A stretch of 64,000 bases of DNA from the IMG/VR virus record IMGVR_UViG_3300045988_059906. One strand, given 5' to 3'. The position numbers and the translations under genes were made by a program. Under the pieces are notes generated by a model, which had not been told where the DNA came from, did not search any database, and saw nothing but the letters and a program-made list of their open reading frames with translations. The stretch's first letter is position 1; the number at the start of each line of letters is the position of its first letter. Shown here piece by piece: positions 29,136-38,738 of this stretch. The stretch comes from a virus.

Positions 29136-29654
29136 TTAGTTAAAATAATACTTTCCATTCTCAAATTTAGAAATTACCACACGAGTACCAACCATATATC
29201 CCATTTTTGGGACTTCTGGATAGGCTACAATTTCCTCAGAACCTCCATTTACTTCAATAGTAATGAAGAAATGGTTTTCACAAGGAACTGTGATAATTCC
29301 AACCCTTCCAATCAAGGCTTCACCCTCTTCTGGAATGACTTGATGCTGGAGTTTTAAACAGAGTTTATATAAGTAGTAAAGTATAACCACGAAAAGAATA
29401 CCGCACACTAATGCGATTAGATAATCATACCATTCTACAGAATGAGATATGGACTGCTTAACACAAAGCCATCCACTAGCTCCCATTATAAAATGGATTA
29501 ATCCCTTAAATGAGACAATATCACTCACGTTCATATCTAGTTCTCCATCTAAGTCAACATCTAAGTCAGTGTCTCCACCAAACCAAGATAAAATGAATTG
29601 AACTAGAAAAATGCCATATGAAACGGCTGCCAAAAGATAATACACTTCACTCAT
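29136..29654 (-). CDS. NfeD-like membrane protein
   Basis: Hydrophobic N-terminal helices and a C-terminal beta-rich domain. It sits immediately upstream of the flotillin gene, the classic nfeD-flotillin pairing. Confidence 0.5.
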   Translation of the reverse strand: MSEVYYLLAAVSYGIFLVQFILSWFGGDTDLDVDLDGELDMNVSDIVSFKGLIHFIMGASGWLCVKQSISHSVEWYDYLIALVCGILFVVILYYLYKLCLKLQHQVIPEEGEALIGRVGIITVPCENHFFITIEVNGGSEEIVAYPEVPKMGYMVGTRVVISKFENGKYYFN

Positions 29655-29881
29655 CTCTTACAATATTTACAATCTGGGTCATGGACCACTCCTACAACCT
29701 TGTAGTTTCCATTTCCCTCGGTGAATTTAATGTACTGATGATTCTTGTATTTAAAGTGAACTGCAGCATCAAATGGAATAATCCCATCTCTGGTATTCCT
29801 AGTAGCTTCTAGTTCACTAGTTGGACCTGAACAACTGAACAGTAGTATAAGTCCTAACGAAATGATTGTTAACTTTTTCAT
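29651..29881 (-). CDS. putative lipoprotein
   Basis: Signal peptide with lipobox LILLFSCSG. Confidence 0.4.
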   Translation of the reverse strand: MKKLTIISLGLILLFSCSGPTSELEATRNTRDGIIPFDAAVHFKYKNHQYIKFTEGNGNYKVVGVVHDPDCKYCKR

Positions 29882-29905
29882 AATCTAATTTATTAATTAA
29901 AATAG

Positions 29906-29979
29906 CATAGGATAAAGGATTCGAACCCTTACTTTCGGTTTTGGAGACCGACGTGCTAACCGTTAAACACCAATCCTAT
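29906..29979 (-). tRNA. tRNA-Trp (CCA), copy 2
   Basis: Acceptor ATAGGAT/ATCCTAT, anticodon stem TCGGT/ACCGA, loop CTCCAAA. Confidence 0.65.
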
Positions 29980-29985
29980 ATATTG

Positions 29986-30074
29986 CGGAAGGACAGGGAT
30001 TCGAACCCTGGGGACGTGTTACCGCCCGACGGTTTTCAAGACCGTTGCAATAAACCTGACTCTGCCACCCTTCC
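29986..30074 (-). tRNA. tRNA-Ser (TGA), type II, copy 2
   Basis: Acceptor GGAAGGG/TCCTTCC, anticodon stem ACGGT/ACCGT, loop CTTGAAA, long variable arm. Confidence 0.7.
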
Positions 30075-30169
30075 AAAAGCTAGTCTTATGACTAGCTAAG
30101 AATCATACCAAGAAGCAATAATACACAGAATATAGCTAGAATACACCAGCCTATAGCCTGGATTGCTCC

Positions 30170-30649
30170 TCAGCCAAATATACAAATCATTGAAGATATA
30201 AAGAATACAGCTCCTCCTACTACACTTGTCCAACCTCCAGCATCTTCGTCATTCTTAGATAGCTTTCCTCTACCAGTTAGTAGCATAAACAAGGATATTC
30301 CTAATAATATGATACCTATTACAACACCTGCTATCTCTTTGTAAAGTAATTTCCATACTACGATAGTTATTGCTGTTTGTCCCAAATTAGAGTCTGCTAT
30401 TCTGATGGCGGAATCTTCAACTGCTTTAAGAGTTTCATTAACAGCCACGCCTATTTCCTTACCAAGGTTAGCATACTCAGAAACTTCCTTGATTTCACCC
30501 TTTATAGCTTTCTCTGTTGTTATCTTCTCAATTTGAGTTCTAGTATCACTAGGCAACTTATCATAGTCTTCTTGTGATATAGTTATCTGAGAAAAAGCTG
30601 CTACGCTCATCCAGAGCATAGCAAGCATAATTACAAGGAACTTTTTCAT
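30170..30649 (-). CDS. secreted/membrane protein
   Basis: N-terminal signal peptide and a C-terminal transmembrane helix. Confidence 0.4.
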   Translation of the reverse strand: MKKFLVIMLAMLWMSVAAFSQITISQEDYDKLPSDTRTQIEKITTEKAIKGEIKEVSEYANLGKEIGVAVNETLKAVEDSAIRIADSNLGQTAITIVVWKLLYKEIAGVVIGIILLGISLFMLLTGRGKLSKNDEDAGGWTSVVGGAVFFISSMICIFG

Positions 30650-31209
30650 TAGTCAAGCCATTCAAATTCTTCACCCTTGAAGTGTCTGGCAAAACAAGCT
30701 TCGAATACGAGTTTGCCAAACTGAGTTGATACATATTTGGCAATCTCCTCAGATTTGCACGCAAGCAACCCGACAGTGGAAGTGGCAAGGCTGACGCCAT
30801 AGTGAGAATAGAAAGAGCCGAGACCCGCACCGCCGCCATTATACGCGAGGCCGCCCACCAACGCGAATTTCTCGCCCTGATAACGGAAGTGTCCAATGAC
30901 CTCTGCATCTTTCGGTACTGATTTCATTCTAAAGAACCGAACCCAAGGATACCATACAGTTCCAGTTAATAGATTAAACTTATGTCCTTCGTTTAAGGCA
31001 TCGAGAATGACGTGCAATTTGCGCAAAGCATCAACAGAGAAATTTGCAGGAACATTACCATAGACATCTCTACTCATGATTTTACAAGCATCTTCGTAAG
31101 TCTGTACCCTTGCAGTAATGTCTTCAGACACAATTTCTACTTTTCCAGTCTCTGCATTGTAAACTGGTTTGTAACCATCAGGACATTCGATTTCAATTGT
31201 CTTTTTCAT
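30649..31209 (-). CDS. DGR target protein 2 (small C-type lectin-like variable protein)
   Basis: Contains VR2. The residues LVGGLAYNGGGAGLGSFYSHYGVSLATSTVG parallel the C-terminus of the tail-protein target, and the segment is a GC-rich patch in an AT-rich genome. Confidence 0.6.
   Translation of the reverse strand: MKKTIEIECPDGYKPVYNAETGKVEIVSEDITARVQTYEDACKIMSRDVYGNVPANFSVDALRKLHVILDALNEGHKFNLLTGTVWYPWVRFFRMKSVPKDAEVIGHFRYQGEKFALVGGLAYNGGGAGLGSFYSHYGVSLATSTVGLLACKSEEIAKYVSTQFGKLVFEACFARHFKGEEFEWLD
30766..30861 (-). repeat. DGR variable repeat VR2
   Basis: The 96-nt minus-strand sequence aligns with the template repeat (58787-58882) without gaps, and every interior mismatch falls where the template has adenine. 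Confidence 0.7.
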
Positions 31210-31421
31210 TCGTTGTAATTTTTAATAAAACACCAATAGGTAATTATGTAAATTATAGATATTACACAAAACCAAAATAATTTTCTATCTTTCATAATAT
31301 AATTAATAAGAGTTCCGATTCTTCACTTATTCAGACTTTCCTAAGACTCTACACTATGTCTTGTTATGAGATAACACTGTACATCTGCCAATTTGTTGAT
31401 CGTTCTGGGAATTATACTATG

Positions 31422-31495
31422 GGTGTTATAGCGGATTCGAACCGCTGACCTCTACAGCCACAATGTAGCGTTCTGCCAACTGAACTAATAACACC
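31422..31495 (-). tRNA. tRNA-His (GTG) with G-1, copy 2
   Basis: Acceptor GTGTTAT/ATAACAC plus a 5' G opposite C73, anticodon stem CTACA/TGTAG, loop TTGTGGC. Confidence 0.7.
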
Positions 31496-31501
31496 ATCAA
31501 A

Positions 31502-31966
31502 TTATTCGAATAGCGGCAGCAACTTCTTTCCTAGTATCTTCACCGCTTTCTGTACATCAGCTACAGTTCTAAAATAAACAACACCTGGATATTTTACGTT
31601 TTGATGCATGACGACGTACACTCCTTTTATATCAGTTTCCGTCTTTCCAGATAGAGAAGAACCTTTTCCAAGAAAATAGCCAGTATTACCTTCTGTTTTG
31701 ATCCATCCTTTATTTAGATAGTTAGCAACTATTTGTAAACTAGCTAGAGAACTGAGTTGTTCTGTCATGCTTGGAGGACATACTAATGTATTCCAAAAAC
31801 CATAATCTTCTTCAGACTCTACTATCTCTTTAAAGGAAGGAATTAGCATTTCCTCACTAAATGCAGTAAGAGCTAATTTCTTCAAGTCTTCATTACCGCT
31901 TTCATACCATTCGCGTGCCTGCTCTAAAGTTACCTCAAGATAGGCTTTTGTCTTAATTCTATTCAT
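31502..31966 (-). CDS. hypothetical protein
   Basis: 154-aa ORF. Confidence 0.35.
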   Translation of the reverse strand: MNRIKTKAYLEVTLEQAREWYESGNEDLKKLALTAFSEEMLIPSFKEIVESEEDYGFWNTLVCPPSMTEQLSSLASLQIVANYLNKGWIKTEGNTGYFLGKGSSLSGKTETDIKGVYVVMHQNVKYPGVVYFRTVADVQKAVKILGKKLLPLFE

Positions 31967-32214
31967 TTTTGTTTATTAGTTTTTAATGGACACCAATCCG
32001 GAATTAATACCCTTTCGTAAGGTCTTAACATTCCTTCAATTAGTTTATTCTCAGACTCCTTACAGAGCGCTTTCTCGTCGTCATCATTGAACCAGTCATT
32101 AGGATCTGGGTCAGGAACAATTAAGCAGTGCGGACATTCTCTACACTGCTTAATTTCTTTTTGAAATACTACACTAGTACCAGATTTCTGGTAAGTATCC
32201 TTCTCCGTACTCAT
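31963..32214 (-). CDS. hypothetical protein
   Basis: 83-aa ORF with cysteine pairs. Confidence 0.3.
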   Translation of the reverse strand: MSTEKDTYQKSGTSVVFQKEIKQCRECPHCLIVPDPDPNDWFNDDDEKALCKESENKLIEGMLRPYERVLIPDWCPLKTNKQK

Positions 32215-32454
32215 AATTTGTCATTTTGTAATTTCTTTAAATTCGTTTATAACTGTTTTTATAAATGGTTTAATATCAAATAATAGTATTACAATAACAA
32301 ATATAGTATTTATTACTGGTAATGCCATTATTACGAGTCTTCTAACTGTAACAGATCGTTCATTTACTGCCATATAAAGGCTAACTATGTACATGCTTAT
32401 TATGTATATAAATGCTGAATATACAAATATCATCATAATATATTGAAATTAGTG

Positions 32455-32538
32455 TGGGATTGGGAGGACTCGAACCTCCAGTCTCAAAAGAGAGCAGATT
32501 TACAGTCTGCGCGGCTACCAATTACCGGTTACAATCCC
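32455..32538 (-). tRNA. tRNA-Tyr (GTA), type II, copy 2
   Basis: Acceptor GGGATTG/CAATCCC, anticodon stem GCAGA/TCTGC, loop CTGTAAA. Confidence 0.7.
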
Positions 32539-32751
32539 GAATCGACCTAGTAGAGAACCCTGGTTTCCTCATTTAAATATGACTAACCTATATGCAGTGG
32601 GTATACATATTTCTAAAATTCATATCCTAGGTCTCGCTAATAGAGTTTTATTCATAGACAGATTTATAATAATCTATCCAATAGTCTGCTTCCATATCTT
32701 CGAAGATTTCTTTAAGTTCTTCATCAGATAATCCTTCGTATTTGTCTTCCA

Positions 32752-33123
32752 TTATATCTTTCTCCTATTAAATAGTCTAAAATATTCGTCAGAATATACG
32801 CTGCATAAGTCCTTATACTTTTTTGGCATAGGATAATCAAAGTCATCAAATGCAGATTCTTTAATAAATCCATCATGTAGAGCCATATTTGCTGTGGTAA
32901 CAGCAATATTACAATTACGCTCCTTTCCCCAGTCAACAATGTTACTCATAACACTATTAAAGTATTCTGTATCATTATCTACTTGGAGATAGATTTCCAC
33001 TCTGCAAATTGCAGGATTTTTGAATCCTTGTCTACCTTGTCTAAGAGTTATTTTAGATACGAAATTCAAGTCTAGCAAATCTGCTATTCTATCCTTAGCT
33101 ACAATTCTAGAAATTCTTATCAT
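32752..33123 (-). CDS. hypothetical protein
   Basis: 123-aa ORF. Confidence 0.35.
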   Translation of the reverse strand: MIRISRIVAKDRIADLLDLNFVSKITLRQGRQGFKNPAICRVEIYLQVDNDTEYFNSVMSNIVDWGKERNCNIAVTTANMALHDGFIKESAFDDFDYPMPKKYKDLCSVYSDEYFRLFNRRKI

Positions 33124-33150
33124 CTTTTGGTAAGTTATTTTACATAATTG

Positions 33151-33234
33151 TGGGATAGGTAGGATTCGAACCTACTAAGCCTAAAGGCAACGGATTTACA
33201 GTCCGTCCCAACTCTCCATCGTTGGCGCTATCCC
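33151..33234 (-). tRNA. tRNA-Tyr (GTA), type II, copy 3
   Basis: Acceptor GGGATAG/CTATCCC, anticodon stem ACGGA/TCCGT, loop CTGTAAA, long variable arm. Confidence 0.6.
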
Positions 33235-33443
33235 ATAAAGCAATTAACAGATTTGTTCTAATTAACATAGCTACTACAATTCTTCCTCTTGGCACCCCAA
33301 GTCCTCTAGTAGCTAATAGCCGCACTAGTGCGTGGTAACAATTTTAAGGGAACTCACCTCTGTTAATTGGAGTAATCAGGGATTCATCTACGTAGGCACC
33401 CAATAGACATTATCTATTCTACTAGTGAATGGTGATTACTTCG

Positions 33444-33516
33444 TCTGGATAGTGTGGCTCGAACACACGACCTCTGCATCCCAAATGCAGCGTTCTACCT
33501 ACTGAACTATATCCAG
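33444..33516 (-). tRNA. tRNA-Pro (TGG), copy 2
   Basis: Acceptor CTGGATA/TATCCAG, anticodon stem CTGCA/TGCAG, loop TTTGGGA, T arm GTGTG-TTCGAGC-CACAC. Confidence 0.7.
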
Positions 33517-33584
33517 GTGTAAGTATGTGTTTCACAACAAATACTCACTGCGTAAGAAAAAGAAAAATTCAAGAAAATTGCCTG

Positions 33585-33658
33585 TGACTCCGCTGGGATT
33601 CGAACCCAGGACCCCCAAATTAAAAGTTTGGTGCTCTAACCAACTGAGCTACGGAGTC
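33585..33658 (-). tRNA. tRNA-Lys (TTT), copy 2
   Basis: Acceptor GACTCCG/CGGAGTC, anticodon stem CCAAA/TTTGG, loop CTTTTAA. Confidence 0.7.
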
Positions 33659-33673
33659 ATTTTAATGATAAAG

Positions 33674-33747
33674 TATCCCGTGAAGGATTCGAACCTTCGA
33701 CCCACAGCTTAGAAGGCTGTTGCTCTATCCAACTGAGCTAACGGGAC
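33674..33747 (-). tRNA. tRNA-Arg (TCT), copy 2
   Basis: Acceptor GTCCCGT/ACGGGAT, anticodon stem ACAGC/GCTGT, loop CTTCTAA. Confidence 0.7.
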
Positions 33748-33799
33748 ATCGTGTTCGCTATTATATACAGCGAACTACGTTCTTCTTAGTTAATAATTG

Positions 33800-34759
33800 T
33801 TAAATCTTCTCTTCGGAAATAAGCGCATTACCGCACGTTATTCTGTCAGCATCTTCTTCTTTAGAAGGAACAAATACGATAACATCCCAACCTTCTTCAA
33901 GTAAAGGCTGTTCGAATTGACGATAAACATTATAATCAGAGTAGCCAGTTACTTCAAAACCATTCTCAACTGCGGATGCAGTTTCATGAATAGGGGTTAT
34001 TTTCACAATAAACTTCTCTTTATCGAAAAGTCTAGATAACTCCTTTGCATCCAGAATAGTCTGTGCAGTAACTGGGAAATTCAACGTATACTTTCTACCT
34101 TTCGGCATAGGTAAACGACTAGCCATTTCAGAAATAGTAGCTAATGAATGACTTTTGTTGTCAAATAGCTCTCTTCTCTGTTCGTCATTAGTAGAATTTA
34201 TTGAGAATTGAAGACCTGCCTCACCTCCATAGAAGTCATTCTTGATTCCACACCAAGTTTGTATGAAGTTCTCTAGTTTTCTATTAGCTCTAGGAAGCAT
34301 AGTAGAAACTACTGGATGGACAGTCTTAGCTATCAATCCACAACTCTTTACTACTTCTTTTAGAACAATCCCAAATGCTAGTACATTATCATTCCAAGTT
34401 GGCTCTCCCATTCTTGCGAAATGCACATTGAATCTGTCAGTATTCCTAACAGTCTCATTCTTGATAATGTTTCTTATTTGCCATTCCATCTCTTCAATAG
34501 AAACGTTTCCATAGAATCCAAATTTCGGAACATCACAGAACTTGCATTTCATTGGGCATCCTTTCTGGGTGGAAATGGTTGCAACCCACTTTTTACTAAG
34601 GTCAACTTCAGTATTGGCTACTCCATTAATCTCCTTAGTTAATCCTAGGAAATTAGCTTTGATATTGTTCTCCTTTCCATAGTCTCCTACGGTTAGAAAT
34701 TCAAGTTTATGTTCTGTATCAACATAAATCTTTCCTGTGTGAGTAAGTATTGTCTTCAT
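33800..34759 (-). CDS. radical SAM domain protein
   Basis: CPMKCKFC is a CxxxCxxC cluster motif, followed by a GEP-containing segment. Confidence 0.5.
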   Translation of the reverse strand: MKTILTHTGKIYVDTEHKLEFLTVGDYGKENNIKANFLGLTKEINGVANTEVDLSKKWVATISTQKGCPMKCKFCDVPKFGFYGNVSIEEMEWQIRNIIKNETVRNTDRFNVHFARMGEPTWNDNVLAFGIVLKEVVKSCGLIAKTVHPVVSTMLPRANRKLENFIQTWCGIKNDFYGGEAGLQFSINSTNDEQRRELFDNKSHSLATISEMASRLPMPKGRKYTLNFPVTAQTILDAKELSRLFDKEKFIVKITPIHETASAVENGFEVTGYSDYNVYRQFEQPLLEEGWDVIVFVPSKEEDADRITCGNALISEEKI

Positions 34760-35039
34760 TGTTCTTCAATTGCCTTCCAAATGATAATTAATATTATGAA
34801 TACTACTATATAGGTCATGGTACAATCCTCCAATCCAATCTATTCATCACTATTCTGAATTTGTTAGCTTCTGACCAGCTACGGAAAGACCTAATGATCT
34901 TCCCGTAGCTGTCCAACAGATAATATTTCATACTTAACTAGCTCTCCATTAATATGAATTGTACAAAGGATTATATTGCCTACAATAATCATAGTTTCCA
35001 CCATAATTATCTCACCGTTTATTTCGGTGATTCTTCTCA

Positions 35040-35291
35040 TTATTGCCATAAACTAAATACTTTTTTTGTTAATGGATAGTTTCCTCTCCACTTTGTTGCA
35101 TACTTAAATACACGAGAATCGCCTGTACGACGCCAAGTAGATCGAAATAGCGGGAATAAAATCGCCATAACGACAAGTCCAAATACTAGAACAATGAAAG
35201 TTAAACCTTTCAGTATATGTTCTAATAACCAAACGGGTAAAGTAATGCCCCATCTAACAATTGCTAATAAATCTTCCATATTAGTTCTCAA
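35040..35291 (-). CDS. small membrane protein
   Basis: 83-aa ORF with a hydrophobic helix. Confidence 0.3.
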   Translation of the reverse strand: MRTNMEDLLAIVRWGITLPVWLLEHILKGLTFIVLVFGLVVMAILFPLFRSTWRRTGDSRVFKYATKWRGNYPLTKKVFSLWQ

Positions 35292-35514
35292 CTATCAGAG
35301 TGTTATGGATTCTCAATTCCTCTTCCGAAATCGGAATTAATTCTCCAAATACTCTTATGTATTTTTGTTCTTTGATTACTAATGATGTGGTAATTTCAGT
35401 GATTACCTCGATGTTAGCATTGTGCCATCTCTTTAAATACTGAGAATGTATTCTTCTAGACAATTCATAGTTGTCTGAGGATGCAATTCTCGCAGCTTTG
35501 AATCTTTTTCTCAT
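35281..35514 (-). CDS. hypothetical protein
   Basis: 77-aa ORF. Confidence 0.3.
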   Translation of the reverse strand: MRKRFKAARIASSDNYELSRRIHSQYLKRWHNANIEVITEITTSLVIKEQKYIRVFGELIPISEEELRIHNTLIVEN

Positions 35515-35711
35515 GGTTTTCTTTTTAATTCGTTAAATCTTTTTCTTGCTAATTTTCCATTCACAAATGTTTCTGTAACTGTTCTGATGCCTTCTATGTG
35601 AATGGTATACTCGAAGGCGTGGGTTCCAGTGAGAGTTATCACTCTTCCCCATGAATCTGTAAATCTTGCGCGAACAGTTGAATCGCAATGTAATCTGTTG
35701 AATTTTCTCAT
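35511..35711 (-). CDS. hypothetical protein
   Basis: 66-aa ORF. Confidence 0.3.
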   Translation of the reverse strand: MRKFNRLHCDSTVRARFTDSWGRVITLTGTHAFEYTIHIEGIRTVTETFVNGKLARKRFNELKRKP

Positions 35712-35725
35712 TTTCTTTTTCTTTT

Positions 35726-35786
35726 AATCCTGACTACCTATTTCTAGGTAGTTTCGTCTTAATTTTCAAAGACTCGTCAGAGGATT
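35726..35786 (-). ncRNA. hammerhead ribozyme (type I), copy 1
   Basis: The minus-strand RNA reads AAUCCU-CUGACGA-GUCUU(UGAAAAUU)AAGAC-GAA-ACUACCUA(GAAA)UAGGUAGU-C|AGGAUU. Conserved cores CUGANGA and GAA, the G10.1:C11.1 pair, a GUC cleavage triplet and a 6-bp stem I are all present. Confidence 0.75.
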
Positions 35787-36272
35787 TTATCTCCAGCAAT
35801 GCTTTTCAAGCATCTTTTGAAAGATAGGAATATCAGAAACAGATGCGAAAAGTAACATACAAGACCTTACTTTAATTACATCGTTTCCAAATATCTCGTA
35901 AACTGATTTCTCATTATTATAGACCGCTTCTGTGATTTCAACTAACCTATCTCTCAATATAGGATGGTTGATATATTCAATAGCTTCATCACGTCCACTT
36001 ATTCCATAATAACGAGACTTTTCACTCGTGCCAAGCCTCCTCATTTGAGGAAAGATAAACCAAATCCAATGTGTTTTCTTCTTCCCTGCTTTGACTTCTT
36101 CCAAGGCAGTTTGATAAGTATTCCACTTATCTTGTGCTTCAATGAATCTGTCAAGTCCAAGATACATTTTGCGAGCAAGTTGTCTTGTTTCTTCTAGAGG
36201 AAGTCCACTCTGATCTAATTGAGAGTGAGGCATAGCCAGTTGGCACCACTCTTTGAATGTAAATTTATTCAT
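35787..36272 (-). CDS. hypothetical protein (HWIWFIFPQ motif)
   Basis: 161-aa ORF. Its stop codon abuts the hammerhead ribozyme. Confidence 0.4.
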   Translation of the reverse strand: MNKFTFKEWCQLAMPHSQLDQSGLPLEETRQLARKMYLGLDRFIEAQDKWNTYQTALEEVKAGKKKTHWIWFIFPQMRRLGTSEKSRYYGISGRDEAIEYINHPILRDRLVEITEAVYNNEKSVYEIFGNDVIKVRSCMLLFASVSDIPIFQKMLEKHCWR

Positions 36273-37455
36273 CTTTATTTAAATGTTTATAACCTAGCAT
36301 TCCCATCATGGTAAGAGATAAGAATGGATTATATAGCTTTTTGGGACTAACATCATACATTCCAGATCCTCCAAATACAGATTTTACAGGAATATCTGGG
36401 CCTACTATAGTAAATACTCCTTTTATAGGGTCAGAATTAAGAACCTATGTTGCATAATCGTCTGTAAGAACACCTTCAGACATATTTACAGAACGTGCTC
36501 TATCCTTGCTTAAATAAGCACCTATTGGACCTCCTGCCCAATTATTAGAAGATGGATTAGCTTTCTGCCTTTTTATAAGCCTAATCTAGTCATCCCAGTT
36601 GGGATTAATTATAGAAGGTTTAACTGGTAGTCCCCAGATTGCAAAGTCTCCGTAAGCTTTTGCTCCTCTTGGATTAGAACTGAACCATTTCTCATAATTC
36701 TGGTTATTTTTTCCGGTTTCAAAACTATGTTTATCCTTAATTCCAGACCTCATTGTGATACCATTATATAAAAGATTCTTACCTTGAGGAGAGTTTGCCT
36801 AGATATAATACATAGTTTCTATGTTGCTTAGATTCTTCCTTCCATTAGCAGTATATCTTCCATTAGGCTATCTTATCAGCTTACCAGACTTAATTAGCTC
36901 ATTATAAGTTTGAACAAACTAGGGAAAAGCTTTTTTAGTGAATAAGTCTATTTCCTCCTGTGACATCTTATGTCCTGAAGCTAGTGATTGCCAATTTTCT
37001 AAAGAATAATCAAGTCCCGTTCGAAGTCTAAACTTTTCTGCTTCTTCGTTATGCTCTTTGATTACTTTCTTTTGTTGATTAGATCTGGCTTTAGCCTTAG
37101 ACTTATTTTCCTCAATTCTTTTTTCTACGGCTTGAGTCTGTTTGTAAGATGATAAGCTTTGAAGTTTTCCTTCTTTATTCCTAATGTATTCAACTCCCTA
37201 TGGGTCAAATATTCTTCCCTTCGTTTCTCGCCAACCTTTCTTTATTAAAACGTTTGAAAGTTTCTTTATTTGCCCTCCTGTGATTCCTGGAATAATTAAG
37301 CCTGTAGCTGCTAAACCCATACTTATATAATCTTTATCTTTTGCGGCATGAATAAAATCATGTGCGTCCTATGCTTCTCCAACTCCAGGAATAAATCCTG
37401 CTAGGAAGTCTAGTATAGGATTTTTGTCTCTAAATTCTTTTACTTTGTCTTCCAT
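36265..37455 (-). CDS. hypothetical protein encoded with in-frame TAG codons (TAG-containing island in the standard-code module)
   Basis: Read by eye, the minus-strand frame stays open from ATG (37455) to TAA (36267) over about 397 codons with at least 8 TAG and no TAA or TGA. The six-frame track shows no long ORF here for that reason. Confidence 0.5.
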
Positions 37456-37522
37456 AAATATTTAATTTTTATTTATAGAATACTACACATTTGTTTGCTA
37501 AATAGCAAGTATTTTACACTAC

Positions 37523-37544
37523 GTAGGTAGACTATTCTACCTAC
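37523..37544. promoter_or_regulatory. perfect 8-bp inverted repeat (gtaggtag..ctacctac) upstream of the TAG-containing gene
   Basis: Palindrome with a 6-nt spacer, about 70 nt upstream of the start codon at 37455. Confidence 0.35.
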
Positions 37545-37559
37545 CGCTCTCCGCCTAAA

Positions 37560-37586
37560 GCCTATTTATACTCGCGAAGTCGAGTT
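37560..37586 (-). promoter_or_regulatory. conserved hairpin-plus-tataaa element, copy A
   Basis: gcctatttatactcgcgaagtcgagtt. The copy at 38541-38567 has the same stem actcg/cgagt with a different loop, and both lie upstream of minus-strand genes. Confidence 0.35.
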
Positions 37587-37920
37587 AGAATGTTTTGTAT
37601 CCGTACTTTTGCAAAACTGATCTTAAATCACTTAGCGATTTCCTTCCAACACCAGGCATTTTCATGAAATCACGCCAAGAATAGTTTTCCATGAAAATGT
37701 TGAGAGAGATATAAACTTGATCATCCAACATAGCTCTAATACGGCTAGCTGTCCTAGGTTGCATTTCTGGAAGAATACTCGCCAGTGTAATGTTTCTATT
37801 TTTCCTTTCAAGTGCTGTAATCTCTGGATAAATACCTAAAGACCATAATACGGAACAAAGTAAATCAGCCTCTCTATCAGAGAGAACTTTTGTTGTTTCT
37901 AGAATTTTTATCTCTTTCAT
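37585..37920 (-). CDS. hypothetical protein
   Basis: 111-aa ORF. Confidence 0.35.
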   Translation of the reverse strand: MKEIKILETTKVLSDREADLLCSVLWSLGIYPEITALERKNRNITLASILPEMQPRTASRIRAMLDDQVYISLNIFMENYSWRDFMKMPGVGRKSLSDLRSVLQKYGYKTF

Positions 37921-38244
37921 ATATAACTAGTATTGCATTTTACACCTAAAACTCTATGAGCAGCAACTCACATTCAAAGAATAGTTTGCTTGCGTTTTAT
38001 AATAAAGAAACTGGTGCCCTCAATGTCTTGGGAAGTTATTGAGTTTTTTAAAGAAAGCTATACTAAATCCCATTCACGTAAGGCTTCTTCTGGAGTACAT
38101 CCAGCCTTAATAGACTGAAGTACTTCATATTGAAGACCATATTGAGCAGCAATTTGCATAGCTTTTTCTTCTCTTACCATTTTGGCATAGAGAGTTTCTG
38201 TTTTCTTTTTTGTCAATTTGCTCATAATATTTATGTTTTAGTTA

Positions 38245-38472
38245 TTAAAACTCTAGCATGAGATATTCCCATACATCCCTTTCTTCGTTCGACTGTTTTA
38301 AAGGAATTAAATTCCCCTTTGGTTCGATATAGAGATCCGAAACCTCAAAGGAACACCCGATAGATAGAAAATATCCAGCAAACGCTAATACCTCGTCATA
38401 ATTATTACATTCAAATCCACAGCTAGCAGAAGCAAAATGCAGTTCCTCTGGGATAATAACTCTTTTTTTCAT
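38245..38472 (-). CDS. hypothetical protein
   Basis: 75-aa ORF. Confidence 0.3.
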   Translation of the reverse strand: MKKRVIIPEELHFASASCGFECNNYDEVLAFAGYFLSIGCSFEVSDLYIEPKGNLIPLKQSNEERDVWEYLMLEF

Positions 38473-38540
38473 TTTTTGTTTTGATTAGTTAATACAACCC
38501 AAGTAAGATGTAAAGTCCTACTTGACGCACTAGACCTAAT

Positions 38541-38567
38541 GCCTGTTTATACTCGTCTAGTCGAGTT
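38541..38567 (-). promoter_or_regulatory. conserved hairpin-plus-tataaa element, copy B
   Basis: gcctgtttatactcgtctagtcgagtt. See copy A. Confidence 0.35.
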
Positions 38568-38738
38568 TTGAAATAGATATGATGTTAGTTCTAGCAATTG
38601 TACATAAAGGTAAATTATTATCCTTTAAAGGCTGAACAAAATTATCGTCCACTTTATACTCGTTACAATATACGTAGTCAATGCCATATCTATATTTAAA
38701 AGTAATCTTATATTTCATAATTTTACTTACTTTGAGTT

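Noticed and set aside
33527-33712. Plus-strand 61-aa ORF
   Set aside because: It overlaps tRNA-Lys and tRNA-Arg copy 2 on the opposite strand, so it is a translation artefact.
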